Numbered from the stretch's first letter, positions 50,165-63,680 are shown. The stretch: DNA of 64,000 nt from Octopus bimaculoides (GCF_001194135.2 NC_068991.1:24789701-24853700); one strand, 5' to 3'. The notes: a model not told the origin generated them from the sequence alone. Translations and numbers: made by a program.

Positions 50165-51963
50165 AAACAAAACATGAAAACTCTTTTGTCTGCGAGAATG
50201 CATGTATTGACAAATATATTGAAACCACTTGTTTTACCTATCTGCTGACAATTGAGCATGTGAATTTATGTGGCGCAGGAGATATGAAAATTGTGATTTT
50301 TTTGAGAAATTGATTGAATGCATTTCTAACTTTTGTTTTCAATGAACTGGTCAACAAAATGTTTGTTTTTTTAAAAAATATTTAATTTGTAATGTGCTAT
50401 TTTGTTTTTAGATAAATCTTTTAAGTTTGTGCTATCGCATTAAATGCGTATTGAATGCTTCAAATTACAAAAGATGTGTTGTTTCCTCGTTTTCCGCATA
50501 TAGAATACAAATATTGACAAGACGTGCTATCACACACAAAATGACAGCTTCCAAATCCTGTTTCCTGACTGGGTGAAAATTATCAAACTTTAAACCTCTA
50601 TAACTTTTTAAAAACACTTTTCTGGAAAAGGTGCAATATCTCCAGCAATTCAGCTTGGAAAAGTACATTAATGTGTCAAATTTTAAAATTTTCACACCAC
50701 CACCACGATCATCATCATTTTAATGTTCATTTTTTCCATGCTCACATAGGGCAGACAGAATTTTGTTGGGGTAGATTTTCTACATTCAGATTCCCACTCT
50801 TGTTGCCAACCTTTCACCTGTTTCCAAGATATGTTTTTAATGAAAGATTACGCACAAAGATGTTCTCTTGGACGACAGAGAAAATAACACATACTCATAT
50901 GCATATATGTATACACATGCATTATATACAACAGGCTACTTTTAGTTTCCAACTACCAAATTCACTCACAAGGCTTTGAATTGGATTGAACCTGGAACCA
51001 TGCAGTTGGGAAGCAAGCTTCTTATCACGTAGCCACTCACACCTGCGTCTCTAGGCATGCACACACACGTTCATGTTTGTGTGTGTAGGTATATTTATCA
51101 TCTAGTCTGCTATTGTTGCCTGACACCTTGACACTCCCACATCATTTTCCTGTTACTCTTGTCCATCCATTGGTATGGGACCTACCTACTTCCTGTTCCC
51201 CTACCACTATCCTCACTATTCAACCACCCTTGTCCTTATTACATTCACCTTCACCCTCATCACCCTATCCTGTACTACCAGTCATCTCCCCCATTCACTT
51301 TACCTGCTATTATACTCTTGATTCTTTTCACCAGCTCACACACTGGCTCTCATTTTGTCTCCTCCTCCTCCTCCTTCTTCTTCTTCTTTATCTGCCATTA
51401 TACTGTTGCTTCTTTTCATCACCTCTGCACCCTGACTCACCTTCCGTCCTCCCTCTGTCTCCTGGGTCACATTGCTTCTGTTATCATCCTATCTCCTTGC
51501 TCACATTACTTTGTACTTGTTTTAGAATACTGGGTACCCTCAGTATTTGTCCCTCTTATGACTCACCACTATCATTCATGTTTCTGTCTTATTGTTTGTG
51601 CCTCCCACTGGACCTGGCTACCTCTGTAGTGATGGTGTCACACAAAAATCCACTCAGTACACCCTGTAAAGTCAAGAGGACCCTTTAGTTTTGTTGAGGA
51701 TATGATATCTTCCTAGTGATGAACCCAGTACACTCTGTAAAGTGACTGGCTTCAAGGACATGCAGTTGTTGAAACCATGCCAAAAGTAAAATACATGAGT
51801 GGGATGTGGTCCTTTGATCTGTCTAAATGAGCAGTACCTGAGATTGTGAGCTGACTCTGAATATGGCGATTCATCCAACCCATGCCAGCATGGAAAGTGA
51901 ATGTAAAACAAAGTTGATGATGATGACAATGAAGTTGATGATTATATATTTATTTATTTGTAG

Positions 51964-52018
51964 TATGAAACTGATAGAATAATGCAAGCCTATTCTGATG
52001 AATTCAGTGAAGAAATGG
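51964..52018 (+). CDS. EFCAB11: EFCAB11 exon 3
   Basis: atttgtag|YETDRIMQAYSDEFSEEM-G|gtaagt, 55 nt, bridges phase 0 to phase 1. Confidence 0.85.
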
Positions 52019-53153
52019 GTAAGTTTAATAATGTTTATCTGGAAAACATAGAGTAGTTTTAGCACGTTTTCATGTTTTCTAGAATGAATTTGTTAAATTC
52101 AATTTCAGTTTACCATCATAATAATTTTGGATATTTCTTGCAAAAGTCAGTTAACTTGCTTGGTAATATTGATTTAAAATTTTGGCACAAGGCCATCAAT
52201 TTTGGGGGTGGTGGTGGTGATAAGTTGATTACATTGACCCCAATGTTCAACTGGTACATATTTTATTGACCCCAAAATGATAAAAGGCAAAGTTCACCTT
52301 GGTGGAATTTGAACTCAGGGCATGCAGACGGATGAAATGCTGCTAAGCATTTTGCCTGATGTGCTAATGATTCTACCAACTCACCGCCTTAACTGGCTTG
52401 TTAGTATTCTTTACTCAGTTTTATATCTGTAGTTTCTCTTTTTGATTTGGGTTTACAGAGTTTGATCTCCCAACATGATATTGGTTGTAGAAGTAAATGA
52501 CTAAGTGAATAGAGAAGGAAACAGTTTCTTATGCAAGATTTTAAAATTGTTGTGTGTTGGAGAAGAACATTGAAATCCTGCAGGATCTGATGAGCCAGAG
52601 GACTGCATCAGACTCCAGTATCTGCTTTGACATGGTTTCTATGGCTGGATGCCCTTTCTAATGCTAGACACTTTACAGTGTACTCAGTGCTTTTTTCTTG
52701 GCACTGGCACTAGTAAGATTGTCAAGTGACTTACAAGATGAAAAAGCCCTTCATGTGTACGAATGATTGTATATATATGAGTGTAAAACTCTACCTGTTG
52801 TACTTGTCTCCTTCCTTCATATATATATGTATGTTTGTATATATGTTTATATATCTGCAGGTGTAGATGTGTTTGACAGACAGTAGGGTATATTTGTGTA
52901 CATACATATATAACTCATATGTATATTCAAGTTTTGCGGTGAATGTTTTACGGGTTATGTTTTTGCGTATGTGTTTTTATTTGTATATACGTCTATCCAC
53001 GTATGTATGTGCATGTGTATATGAACATAATGTTGCGTGCATGGGTATATATATGTGTGTATGTGCGTGTATGTGTGTATTGTATGTATGTATGTTTACA
53101 TATGTATAGACATATATGTGTGTGTGTCTATGTATATGTACACGCATGTGTGA

Positions 53154-53202
<49 letters not shown>

Positions 53203-53524
53203 CATACACACGTGTGTGTGTGTGCGTACATGTATGTATATGTGTACATGTGTGCATATGCAGATTCTATGAATGCTGACATTCCCTGGTTGACATTGCT
53301 TGAGAAAAACAATGATGTGATCGTTACATTCATTGATGAAATGATGACCAGTCTGTCTCTCTCTGTTTTCAAAGACCAGGGGAATAAAAAAAAACCCTTT
53401 ATTTGAAGAAACAGAAATCGGTTGGCAACAAGAAGAGCATCTAGTCAAAAAATGGTACTGGAATAAGTTTCTATCTAACCTATGCAGGTGTGGATAAACA
53501 GATGTTAACTAAACAAACTATTAT

Positions 53525-53908
53525 TGTTGTTGGCACTCAGTCGCTTACGACGTCGAGGGTTCCAGTTGATCTGATCAACGGAACAGCCTGCTCATGAAAT
53601 TAACATGCAAGTGGCTGAGCACTCCACTGACACGTGTACCCTTAACGTAGTTCTCAGGGATATTCAGCGTGATACAGTGTGACAAGGCTGACCCTTTGAA
53701 TTACAGGCACAACAGAAACAGGAAGTAAGAGTGAGAGAAAGTTGTGGTGAAAGAGTACAGCAGGGTTCGCCACCATCCCCTGCTGGAGCCTTGTGGAGCT
53801 TTTAGGTGTTTTCGCTCAATAAACACTCACAACGCCCGGTCTGGGAATCGAAACCGCGATCCTATGACCGCGAGTCCACTGCCCTAACCACTGGGCCATT
53901 GCGCCTCC
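53525..53908 (-). mobile_element. Full-length tRNA-Arg-derived SINE (OR1/OR2-like)
   Basis: Minus strand GGAGGCGCAATGGCCCAGTGGTTAGGGCAGTGGACTCGCGGTCATAGGATCGCGGTTTCGATTCCCAGACC (TCG anticodon position), then a ~310-nt body ending in (AAC)n. Confidence 0.85.
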
Positions 53909-54249
53909 AAACAAACTAATATATGTGTGTGTGTACACACACACATGCACATGTATTTTTGCATGTCTTCACATATTGAAAATGGTGACAGTGTTTATGT
54001 CACTCATAATAAAATGTCCTGTTGCTCACCAGTTTCATTGTCTGAACACTACAAGAATAAAGACACTTTACTTGAAAATCAAGGTAACAGGTAACAGGAA
54101 GTGCATGGAATGATGACAATGCTGGTGATGATGATGATGACGATGACGATGACCATGAAGATGATGGTGATGACAAATGTTTGTAATGATGATGATGGGT
54201 GTGATGATGACAATAATGATGATGCATTTACATGTATTTCATTCTACAG

Positions 54250-54351
54250 GTTTAACTTTAGAAAGCTTCATAAAAGCCATGACACCAAAGATGGCTGCAA
54301 GAGATGAAAATGAAGAGATTCGGCTTACATTCATGGCTTTTGATTTTAGTT
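54250..54351 (+). CDS. EFCAB11: EFCAB11 exon 4
   Basis: ttctacag|GT...GLTLESFIKAMTPKMAARDENEEIRLTFMAFDFS-T|gtaagt, 102 nt. Confidence 0.9.
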
Positions 54352-56320
54352 GTAAGTAATTCTAATATATTTGTTACATCTATTGACCCATTACTCTAAA
54401 ATTTGGCTGGTTCATACAAACTTAAAATTTTTTCCCCTACTTTGATATTCTGTTGTCTAGAGCCCTTCATTACTACTAATGTCCCCTCCCCACCCTGTAA
54501 TCTGATCTTATCAATTATTTTTATATTTCACTTAAAAATATTACTCAGTTGAAGGGGTTCTATGGCGACCTCATTAGTGCTGATGGCTTGAAAAAGAACC
54601 CGGTACACTTTGTAAAGTGGTTAGAATTGGGAAAGGTGTGCAGCCATAGAAACTATGTTGAAACTGAGACAATAAAGCAATACGTGGTCCTCTGACACAT
54701 TGGAGCCTATTGAACCTTCCAACCTATGCCAGCTTGGAAAGTGGACATGAAATTATGATGATGATGATGATGATGGTGGTGGCTGTTGTTACCAATTGTG
54801 TTATATTGTTAGACATTCATCACCAAGTGCTTATCTCTTTCTTTTGCTCTTCTTATGTGATTTAATCAGAAGAAGAATGAAAATGCTTCTTACCTTTTCT
54901 AAGGTCTTCCAAGACTGGAGGAAGCAAGATCTTTATCCTGGTTGGTGACCTGATTCAAATGCTTGCAACAGAGTAGACTCTCCAAAAAGGTAACCTTCCA
55001 AGGGCCCAGTAACAGATTAATCCTGCCATCACACGGAGGAACTGTCTTACATACAGACTTCCTCAAAGTTTCCACTCACTAACTTTCAGTCACATGACTT
55101 TGCTTGAGCTGATGCCATGATAGGAGACACTTGGTGAATGTGCTAGGCAGTGGGATTGAACCTAAATTTATATAGTTATGAAACACTTAACCACACTACC
55201 AAACTTGCAAAGATAATTCATAAGTTGAACAGTAGATACTGCTTTAGGTCACATAAATCTACTTTTGAGCTAACCATTTAGAAATTTTTCTTTCTTTTTA
55301 TAGTTTTATATCACTTTTTTTAAAAACCTTTTTATATGAAAATACTTGAGACTGCCTCTAGTTCTATAATATAAACTTCCTGTTTTAAAGTGATCTAAAA
55401 CAAAACCTTACATTAAAATTTTGTGTTAATTTATGTTCCAAATACCAGCTTAATAATATCAAGTTATTTTACACAAATTTCTTTATTATTTTCAAAATTA
55501 ACAGGAACAAACGGGATGGTTTGTTTTAGTGGTTAGATATCTTCTGCTCACCAATTACTCAACTGTCAGCAGAAACCATGAACATTTATATTAAATTACT
55601 CCATATTTATTCATCTACAAAGGTACAGGTATGGCTGTATGGTTAAGAAGACAGCTTTGCAATCACATGGTTTCAGGTTTAGTTCCACTGTGTAGCACTT
55701 TGGACGAATGCCTTCTACTATAGCCTCAGGTTCACCAATGCTTTGTGAGTGAATTTGGTGAATTTGGAAACTGTAGTAAACCCTTGTGTATGTATGCATG
55801 TATATATGTACATATGTATGTGCATGTGTGTGTGAGTGAATGTAGATATTTCACAGCTTGCCTTGAGCAAGTCAGTGAATTGATATTTGTATTTCTTGTT
55901 GGCATTATGATCAGTTCCTCTGCGCTTACTTGACAAACAGGAAAGGGTTAGTGACAGGAAAAGCAATCTGGTCATAAAACCCTGCCTCATGAAATTACTG
56001 TGTAACCCATACTAGCTTAAATAAAACAAAACTAGCACAAAGAGCAAGTTGCTTAACATTTAGAGACCATTGATATTCGCCAATGCATGATGAAGCCCTG
56101 TTGATTGAAGACCAAAGGCAGTTTGGATTGTTATGATTGTGTCTTCTTCAAAGACCCCAGGAGTATAAGCAGAGTGAAATTGCTATATCCTGGAATAGAA
56201 ACCATTCATGGGCTAGTTTACCATGAAATTATCTCCTATTCTGTATCACTTTCCTCAGCAATTACTTTTGGAATTTTCTTTTTCAAAATTTTCAATTTAA
56301 CGTGTTTTCTTTCTTTTTAG

Positions 56321-56411
56321 GCCATGGTTTCATCACTATTGCTGATTTAAAGAAAGTTTTCAAGGAAGTGGCTCCAAAATTTCCTGAAGAAAATATTGAA
56401 GTTATTTTTAG
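56321..56411 (+). CDS. EFCAB11: EFCAB11 exon 5
   Basis: tctttttag|GC...CHGFITIADLKKVFKEVAPKFPEENIEVIF-AG|gtgagt, 91 nt. Confidence 0.92.
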
Positions 56412-57122
56412 GTGAGTGAATATTTTCGACTTTCAGGCAAGCTACTCTTGTCTTTTAGATTGTTTATTTCTATTTACAGCTAGAAATGATAGATGTAGTA
56501 AAATATTGAAGTTAATTGCAAGTTAATATATTAATCTGATGGAAATTAAATGTAAATATTGACCTGATAGATTCTGGCAGTTCATAAATGACTTAAAACT
56601 TGAGAACAAAATGACATCTATAATTCTGTCAAGAGAAAAGATGATGGTAGTGTTGATGGTGATATCTTATTTGCTACAGAGTTTTTGTTACTAAAATGGG
56701 TTACCTAAAGTGTGTGTTGTGTTGGTGGTGGTGGTGGTGGTGGTACTGGGTTTATACAGTAATTGAATGATAAAAAGAAAAGACTGAATGATGTTAAAAA
56801 TATACATAGCATACAAATAAGTGATGAAACAAAAAGTCCTCTTGATATAGGAGAATCTCCAACAAAGACCAATCAAGGAAGCCCAGATTCAGGATCATTC
56901 TGACCATCAAAAGCAACTGCTGTCATTCTCTGATCTACAGATGAATGCTTAGAGTAGATCCATCTGCTCTTGTCATTTTTGTCACTGAAATCCACCTTAT
57001 AATAAATTTACCGGAGGAGAGCTGCACTTTGCTCTCCACTCTTATCTGCTTTTCCAACTTGAAAGACTCAATGAGAGTTTGACTGAAAAGTGTCTGTTTT
57101 TGGAATTTCAGTTTTGTCCATC

Positions 57123-57770
57123 ATAATAATAATAATAATAATAATAATAATCATAATAATCCTTTCTAGTAAAGGCACAAGGCCTGAAATTTGCGAGGAG
57201 GAGGCTTGTTGAATTCATTGACCTCAGTGTTTCATTGGTACTTAATTTATTGACCCTGAAAGGATTTAAAGGCAAAGTTGACCTCAGCGGAATTTGAACT
57301 CAGAATGTAAATACCGCTAAGCATTTCACCCAGCATGCTAACGATTCTGCCAGCTTGCCAATCTTAATAATAATGGTTTCAAATTGTGGCACAAGGCCAG
57401 CAATTTCGGGGGATGGGGTAAGTCTACATCTGATACTTTATCGACCCTGAAAGCTGACCTCGGCAGAATTTTAACTCAGAACATAAAAGACTAATGAAAT
57501 GCCACTAAGCATTTTGTCCGGTGTGCTAATGATTCTGCCAGCTCACCACCTTAATAATAATGATTTGAACTCAGAACATAGCAGCAGAAGAAATACCATT
57601 AAGCATTTCACCCAGTGTGCTAACAATTCTGCTAGTTCGCCTTATTATTATTATTATTATTATTATTAGTAGTAGTATTATAATGGTTACAAATTTTTGG
57701 GGAGAGGGGTTTTATTTGATTACATTAACCCTAGTACATGACTGGTACTCATTCTATTGACCCCCAAAAC
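57123..57770 (-). mobile_element. Stack of 3-4 same-orientation CORE-like SINE copies separated by (AAT)n/(ATT)n
   Basis: Repeated GGAATTTGAACTCAGAA...CTAAGCATTT...GCTAA.GATTCTGCCAGC blocks at ~57290, 57470 and 57565. Confidence 0.8.
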
Positions 57771-57842
57771 ATCAAATTATATTTTCTATAGATAATATTT
57801 TGATTTTCATTAGTCATTTGTTTTTATTGGTTTAAATGTCAG

Positions 57843-57927
57843 GGAAGTGGACCAGGATGGAGATGGAAGAGTTAGTTTCAAAGACTTTGAATTCATGATG
57901 AAATATGATTCAGATAATCTGGTTTAA
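57843..57927 (+). CDS. EFCAB11: EFCAB11 exon 6 (C-terminal EF-hand and stop)
   Basis: aatgtcag|G...REVDQDGDGRVSFKDFEFMMKYDSDNLV*; canonical EF-hand loop DQDGDGRVSFKD. Total CDS is 525 nt = 174 aa + stop. Confidence 0.92.
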
Positions 57928-58559
57928 AATAATCTGGATCAGATCAGATATTCTGTTCAAGTGCAGGTAAGATATGTTTAATTTTATCTGAAAAAAATAT
58001 ACTACTTAAAATTAAGTTTAATTCTTAAAATAAATCTATGTTTCATGAGAAGAGGTGGTTCTGATATCTCAGATACACCAACTTATTTTATATGAATTTT
58101 TCAACTTTTTAGTTAACAAAGATCCTCATAATTTTCTTGTTTTATTTACTGTACAGTTGTTATTTAGGTTTTAAATATATATTTATATTTTTTCATTTTA
58201 CTGAACACTCAGGAGGAGATATGGTTATGTCGATATTGAGTTTGGTTTCAAGTTACAACCCACTGCCTGGCATCTTAGGCAAGTGTGGCTTCTATTTTAG
58301 CCATAGGTTGACTAATGCCTTGTGAATGAAGTTGGTTGATAGTAACTGTGCAGAAGCCTGTTATGTGTGTGTGTGTGTGTGTTTGAATGTTTATATTCAG
58401 TGTCTTCACATGACATTGTTTAAGCAAAAACAATGGTACTATGTGTAAATATACATACACACACACACACACACGTATATATATATATATATTTCAAAAA
58501 TTTAACAAAAATACAACAAACGGAAAATTTTACAAAAGCATGATTATTACCAATGTTGC

Positions 58560-58976
58560 CTTCCTGGCACGTGAAAAGACATTCGAGCAAGATCGTTGCC
58601 AGTGCCGATGGACTGGCTCCTGTGCAGGTGACACGTAATACACCATTTCGAGCGTGGCCTTTGCCAGTAAGACATCCGAGCGAGATCATTGCCAGTGCCG
58701 ATGGACTGGCTCCTGTGCAGGTGGCATGTAAAACACACCATTTCGAGCGTGGCCGTTGCCAGTACCCACCTGACTGGCCCTTGTGCCAGTGGCACGTAAA
58801 AGCACCCACTACACTTTCGGAGTGGTTGACGTTAGGAAGGGCATCCAGCTATAGAAACTCTGTCAAATCAGATTGGAGCCTGGTGTTGCCTCCTGGTCCA
58901 CCAGTCCTCACTCAAATCTTCCAACCCATGCTAGCATGGAACGCGGACGTTAAACGACGATGATGATGATGATGAT
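58560..58976 (+). mobile_element. RTE-type 3'UTR/SINE with two ~96-bp internal tandem units and (GAT)n tail
   Basis: GACAT.CGAGC.AGATC.TTGCCAGTGCCGATGGACTGGCTCCTGTGCAGGT twice, followed by the same tail as 37117-37268. Confidence 0.85.
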
Positions 58977-59633
58977 AACAAACAGAAAATTTGTACATCA
59001 GTCAACGTCCAAAAAATCATTACAATTTTGTACCTTTAATGTTGATATTGTTCACTTGTGGTGGTGCCAGTGGTGAAAAGCCACTGGGAATAGCTAACGA
59101 ACATACAGGACAATGATGAAAACAAACGCAACAAAAAAAAAAAATGTGCAGCTGCAAGACAGACAGATATGGGGTAACACAAAGGAAAATGAAAATGTCC
59201 TGTAGGACTGGAGACAAGAGAAGGACAGATAGAAAGTCAGAACGAGTATATACACATTCATATGTCTACTAGTTCATGTATATGATAAATATAGACAGAA
59301 AAAAAAATTTACTTCAAGAAATATTTATTTCATTTTTACATATTTTCATATATTCACAGAATCTATTTGTTAATCTTCAATTCTTTATACATACATAAAC
59401 ACACACTCATATATATACATAATGTATTGGTACGTTTCAAGCAATGTTTACACAGTGCAGTTATATGTGGTTTGGAGCAATGATATAATAATGTAACAGA
59501 ACAAAGAAATAGCCTTAAAATCTAAACCATCAATTGTCTGTTATATTATTACATTGTTATCCTATCATTTTGTTACCTTATTTTCTCATCACATTAAAAG
59601 AAACCACATATGACTGCACTGGTTTCATATAAG

Positions 59634-59685
<52 letters not shown>

Positions 59686-60063
59686 CTTTAGGCTAGTTAA
59701 AATATATACGTGACATATTTCAACTGCTAAAGGCAAATTTACTGCAGTTACTGTGTAGAAAAAATTCTCTCTTATGGTAAACAGGTGTAAAAACATGATA
59801 TCTGTCCAGTGCTGTCATCTGTCGGATTAGGTGGTAGCACTGNNNNNNNNNNNNNNNNNNNNNNNNNNNNNNNNNNNNNNNNNNNNNNNNNNNNNNNNNN
59901 NNNNNNNNNNNNNNNNNNNNNNNNNNNNNNNNNNNNNNNNNNNNNNNNNNNNNNNNNNNNNNNNNNNNNNNNNNNNNNNNNNNNNNNNNNNNNNNNNNNN
60001 NNNNNNNNNNNNNNNNNNNNNNNNNNNNNNNNNNNNNNNNNNNNNNNNNNNNNNNNNNNNNNN

Positions 60064-60110
<47 letters not shown>

Positions 60111-60114
60111 AACT

Positions 60115-60512
60115 TTATAAAGGTTGTGAGTGATTTTCAATTTCTGTTGATGTACAGTCTTCTTCATCTTCATTGGAAGCCAACATTGGATCAAGCACTG
60201 TGGATTTATGGGACTGTGGACTTTCTGAATGTAAGACACTAGTAGCTGTTTGATTATGGAGTTGCTGTTGCTGAGGTGACATGTTAAGCACTTGTTGGTT
60301 GATAGTTTCAGATAGATCTTTCTGATCAAGATCACTCTGAAGAAGTTCATTATTGTAAACCATATCGTCTGTCACTTGACTACTGCTGTGAGAATTATGG
60401 AAACCGCTTCCAAGAGAGACTATCTCCTGTGGTTGTGACACTACCATCACACTGGCATCATTAGATGAAGGAGACAGTGGAACATTTGTCAGACTGTTTT
60501 CAGTTAATACTT
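60115..60512 (-). CDS. Terminal coding exon of an unidentified gene (S/Q/E-rich, likely disordered C-terminus)
   Basis: Strong acceptor ttttttttcttcttcttcttaccag|AA, then an open frame of 132 codons EVLTENSLTNVPLSPSSND...PQQQQLHNQ...NEDEEDCTSTEIENHSQPL* with protein-like composition. Confidence 0.75.
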
Positions 60513-60694
60513 CTGGTAAGAAGAAGAAGAAAAAAAAAGACAAATATATATTCATTTATATAAGAAACTAAACCAGATGCAGGGAAGGTTTTTATATCTG
60601 AAGGCTGCATCAAATTAAGTCTATGGAAAATTTTATAAAAAAAAAAAAATAAAGATGTAAACTGATCTTTTAATGACACATTATATTTACATAT

Positions 60695-60736
<42 letters not shown>

Positions 60737-63545
60737 GTATATCTTTCACCTAATCTCTGGTTCAGATGATGTATTCGCTCTCTTTTATAATCCTCTCCTT
60801 GGTTGCCTAAGCAAATATACAAGCCTCAATTAATTGAGTACTCTTAGCACTTACTTGCTCCCTTCACTGACTTCTACCCTCCTCCCCTTCCCTCTGAACT
60901 ACATGTAGCACTGAGTACTCTTTATGTTGTCCTATATTTGTGCCACAACAGAAAACCAAGAACTTGCGTTTCTTCAAAGTAATGAATAAGCACCACTTTG
61001 AGGGAACGTCTAGTACTGGTACTATGAAATGTGCCCACTACTCACTGTAAAGTAGTTGATAAGTGGGCAGAGAATACACAAGGTTCTGAGGCCATTTATT
61101 TAACCTCTCAAGTGTTGGTGCTACAAAAAACACATCCAGTACACTAAGTAAAATGGTTGATGATAGAAAAGGTATGTAACCCTTTCTATCACCAACTAAG
61201 TCAGATGACAATCTATGGAAGCAGCAGCTTGCAATAGTAACAATCACCCAATCTGTCAAGTATGGAAAGTGGATGTAAAATTGATAGTGATGCAATCAAC
61301 AAAAATGTGTTTTTCTTAATGGAAAAAATCTTGCTTTCTTCCAGAAGGCTGCACTTAAAGGTCATATTTCCCACACCCCAGGTATAGACTTGCAGACGGT
61401 GTCCCAAAATGGCTACAGTCCAATGACTGAAACCAGTGTTGTAATAAAGTAAAAGATAGAGCCTGCTTTTAAGTAATGAGGTATGAACATTTTCACAAGT
61501 TCTGCTTAACCCTTTCAACACCAACCCACCTGGAACTGCCTCTATTAAAGGGTTCGATGTTTAATTTCAAATCTTGGACTCAAATCTCTTTATTACATGA
61601 ACGGTAATTTTATACTTCAGTTGGTATACATTTTTTTTTATTATTAAGTCAAAAGTTGTTTTTGTTTTATTTCACTAAATCCCTCATAGTTCTCGATCAT
61701 TTTGAAAATTAAAATACAAAGGTGGAATATATTTTTAGATAGGATCAGAAGGCAGTTAGTGCCTTCTCTCTACTTTTTAATGGCAAAAATAAGAAACATA
61801 TCCTTTCAAAAGAGAAATCTAGTTCACATTTTTTTGATATAGCCTAAAAAGATGTAGAGGGATCACTACCACCTTTTTAATATTTACTTTCCTGTGCTTG
61901 CGAGGGTCAGATGGAATTTGTTTAGGCAGATTTTCTGCAGTTAAATGCCTTTCTGCTGTTAACTTTCACTTGTTTCTTAGCAAGGTAATATTTCCCTATG
62001 GCAGGACAAGTTTTCACAGAAGTTAAGGAAACAAATGACACTCCTTGTATGATGGTGACACTCGTTTTTCAACTATTACGCAATGTCAGGACAAGGAGGC
62101 ACAAATGCACACAGTTTGTTGATTGACTTCAAGAAGTGCTGAGTTTCATGAGGCTGAAACTTACAAAAGGGATAAAAGAGGATTGTGACAAATGGTTGAG
62201 TGTTCTGTCGGAGAAGACTTGGTCAAACCTAAAGAAAAAATGGATATGTAAAAAAAAAGCATGATAATGGTGGTGGAAGTTGGGATGTTTAGTCCCTACA
62301 ATTGAGACTGTCTTGCCAGTTATGTTCACATTAAGTCTTCCTGCCAATAACTTTCTACTGGTGTTCCTCTCTTCCTTACCCTCCTATTTATCATTCTCTT
62401 TTTCCACTACTCCTCCTCTCATCACCCTATTTCTCTTTGTCCCTTTCATCCTGCCACTCTCCTACCAATCTCGCTTGGTCCATGATTCTCCTCTTCTTGC
62501 TTTTATTTTGGTTCCCTTCTATTACACTGTTTTCCTGTTTCCTGACTATCTTCTATCATAAACCCTCTCTTCTCTAGCCCCCTTCTCTCTCTCTCTGAAT
62601 GGAGACAGCACAGAAAGCTACTTTCCTTAAGTCTTGTCAGGGATGAGGACTTCTCTTGTACTGGTGAATGAATAAACAGAAATAATGTTGGGTAGAGAAG
62701 ATTCTTTAGTTTTGCTGGGGGCAAAACCAATACCATGATAAAATATATTGGTTCACTTTGTATAGTTGTTAGCGATAAAAAAAAAAGGACATCCAGTAAT
62801 AGAAACGTCCAAAATGTTACATACAAGAGAGGTGTAGACTCTAATCCATCCAGAAAGGTAGTGACACTGAATAAGGGCCTAATAAGACCCTGACAACCTG
62901 TCTAACCTGTGCCACTATTAAAAATGAATGTAAAAATTATTCTGTCTCTTTGTATCTTTGTCTCCCTGTGCCGTATGTATCCACCATCATCAGCAAGAAA
63001 TATATTTTCAGAGCCAAGACTTCAACCACCTCCTTATCATCATGTAACGTCTGCTTTTCCATTCTTGCATGGGTCAGGCAGAATTTGTTGAGGGAGGCAG
63101 ATTTTCTACAGCCATATGCCCTTCCTATTGCCAGCCCTTATCTGTTTGCAAGCAAGGTAATATTTTCATGGTCAGATATGTGTTCAAGGACGACGGGAAA
63201 TGAGCAACATTGTTTGAGTGACAATGATTCTCATTCACAACTATCAAATATCAAGATAAGGGTACACACACACACATATATATATATGACAGGCTTTTTT
63301 CTGTTTCTGTCTATCAAATCCACTTATAAGGCTCTGGTCAGCCAGGGGCTATAATAGAAGACAGTTGCTCAAGTTGCTGCACAATGGGACTGAACCCAAG
63401 TTTTACATGGTTTGGAAGCAAGCCTCTTAACTACACAACCATGCCTGCACCTACTATCTTAACAAAAGTATAATTATTTGCTAAAAAAAATCATGACCTT
63501 AATTATAGAGAAGGAGTGTATTAAAGATAGTTCTAATGTACTTAC

Positions 63546-63680
63546 CTGTAGAAAGTATATCATGAGACGACAATACAATATGGCTTTGATTGCCATCGTC
63601 TTCAGATGGCTGTGTTGTTACTGTGACAATGTGATCACTCATGTCTTGTGTGATTACAACTGATTCACTGCCTTGGAAGT
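63546..63680 (-). CDS. Internal exon of the same unidentified minus-strand gene
   Basis: ttttttttctttacttcaag|AC...DFQGSESVVITQDMSDHIVTVTTQPSEDDGNQSHIVLSSHDILST-G|gtaagt, 135 nt, phase 1/1, joins the 60512 exon in frame (G+AA = Glu). Confidence 0.78.

Noticed and set aside
51113-51688. 191-aa and 156-aa ORFs rich in L/P/S/H (similar at 44010-44368 and 62280-62561)
   Set aside because: Low-complexity pyrimidine-rich tracts lack stops by composition; no splice or homology support.
52459-52492. Alternative candidate for EFCAB11 exon 3 (SLISQHDIGCR)
   Set aside because: Weak donor and no similarity; 51964-52018 has consensus sites, the right phase and the expected xExDxxM pattern.
52867-53448. 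YI/CV/HT-repeat ORFs (also 12414, 15203-15601, 20538-20848, 26208-26635)
   Set aside because: Translations of (TA)n, (TG)n and (CA)n microsatellites.
53830-53908. tRNA-Arg-like sequence (also tRNA-like heads at ~1066, 9977, 16730, 23400)
   Set aside because: The acceptor stem is not closed and the sequence continues into a repeated SINE body; these are SINE heads, not tRNA genes.
54000-54359. Met/Asp/His-rich ORFs
   Set aside because: Translations of a degenerate (GAT)n tract upstream of EFCAB11 exon 4.
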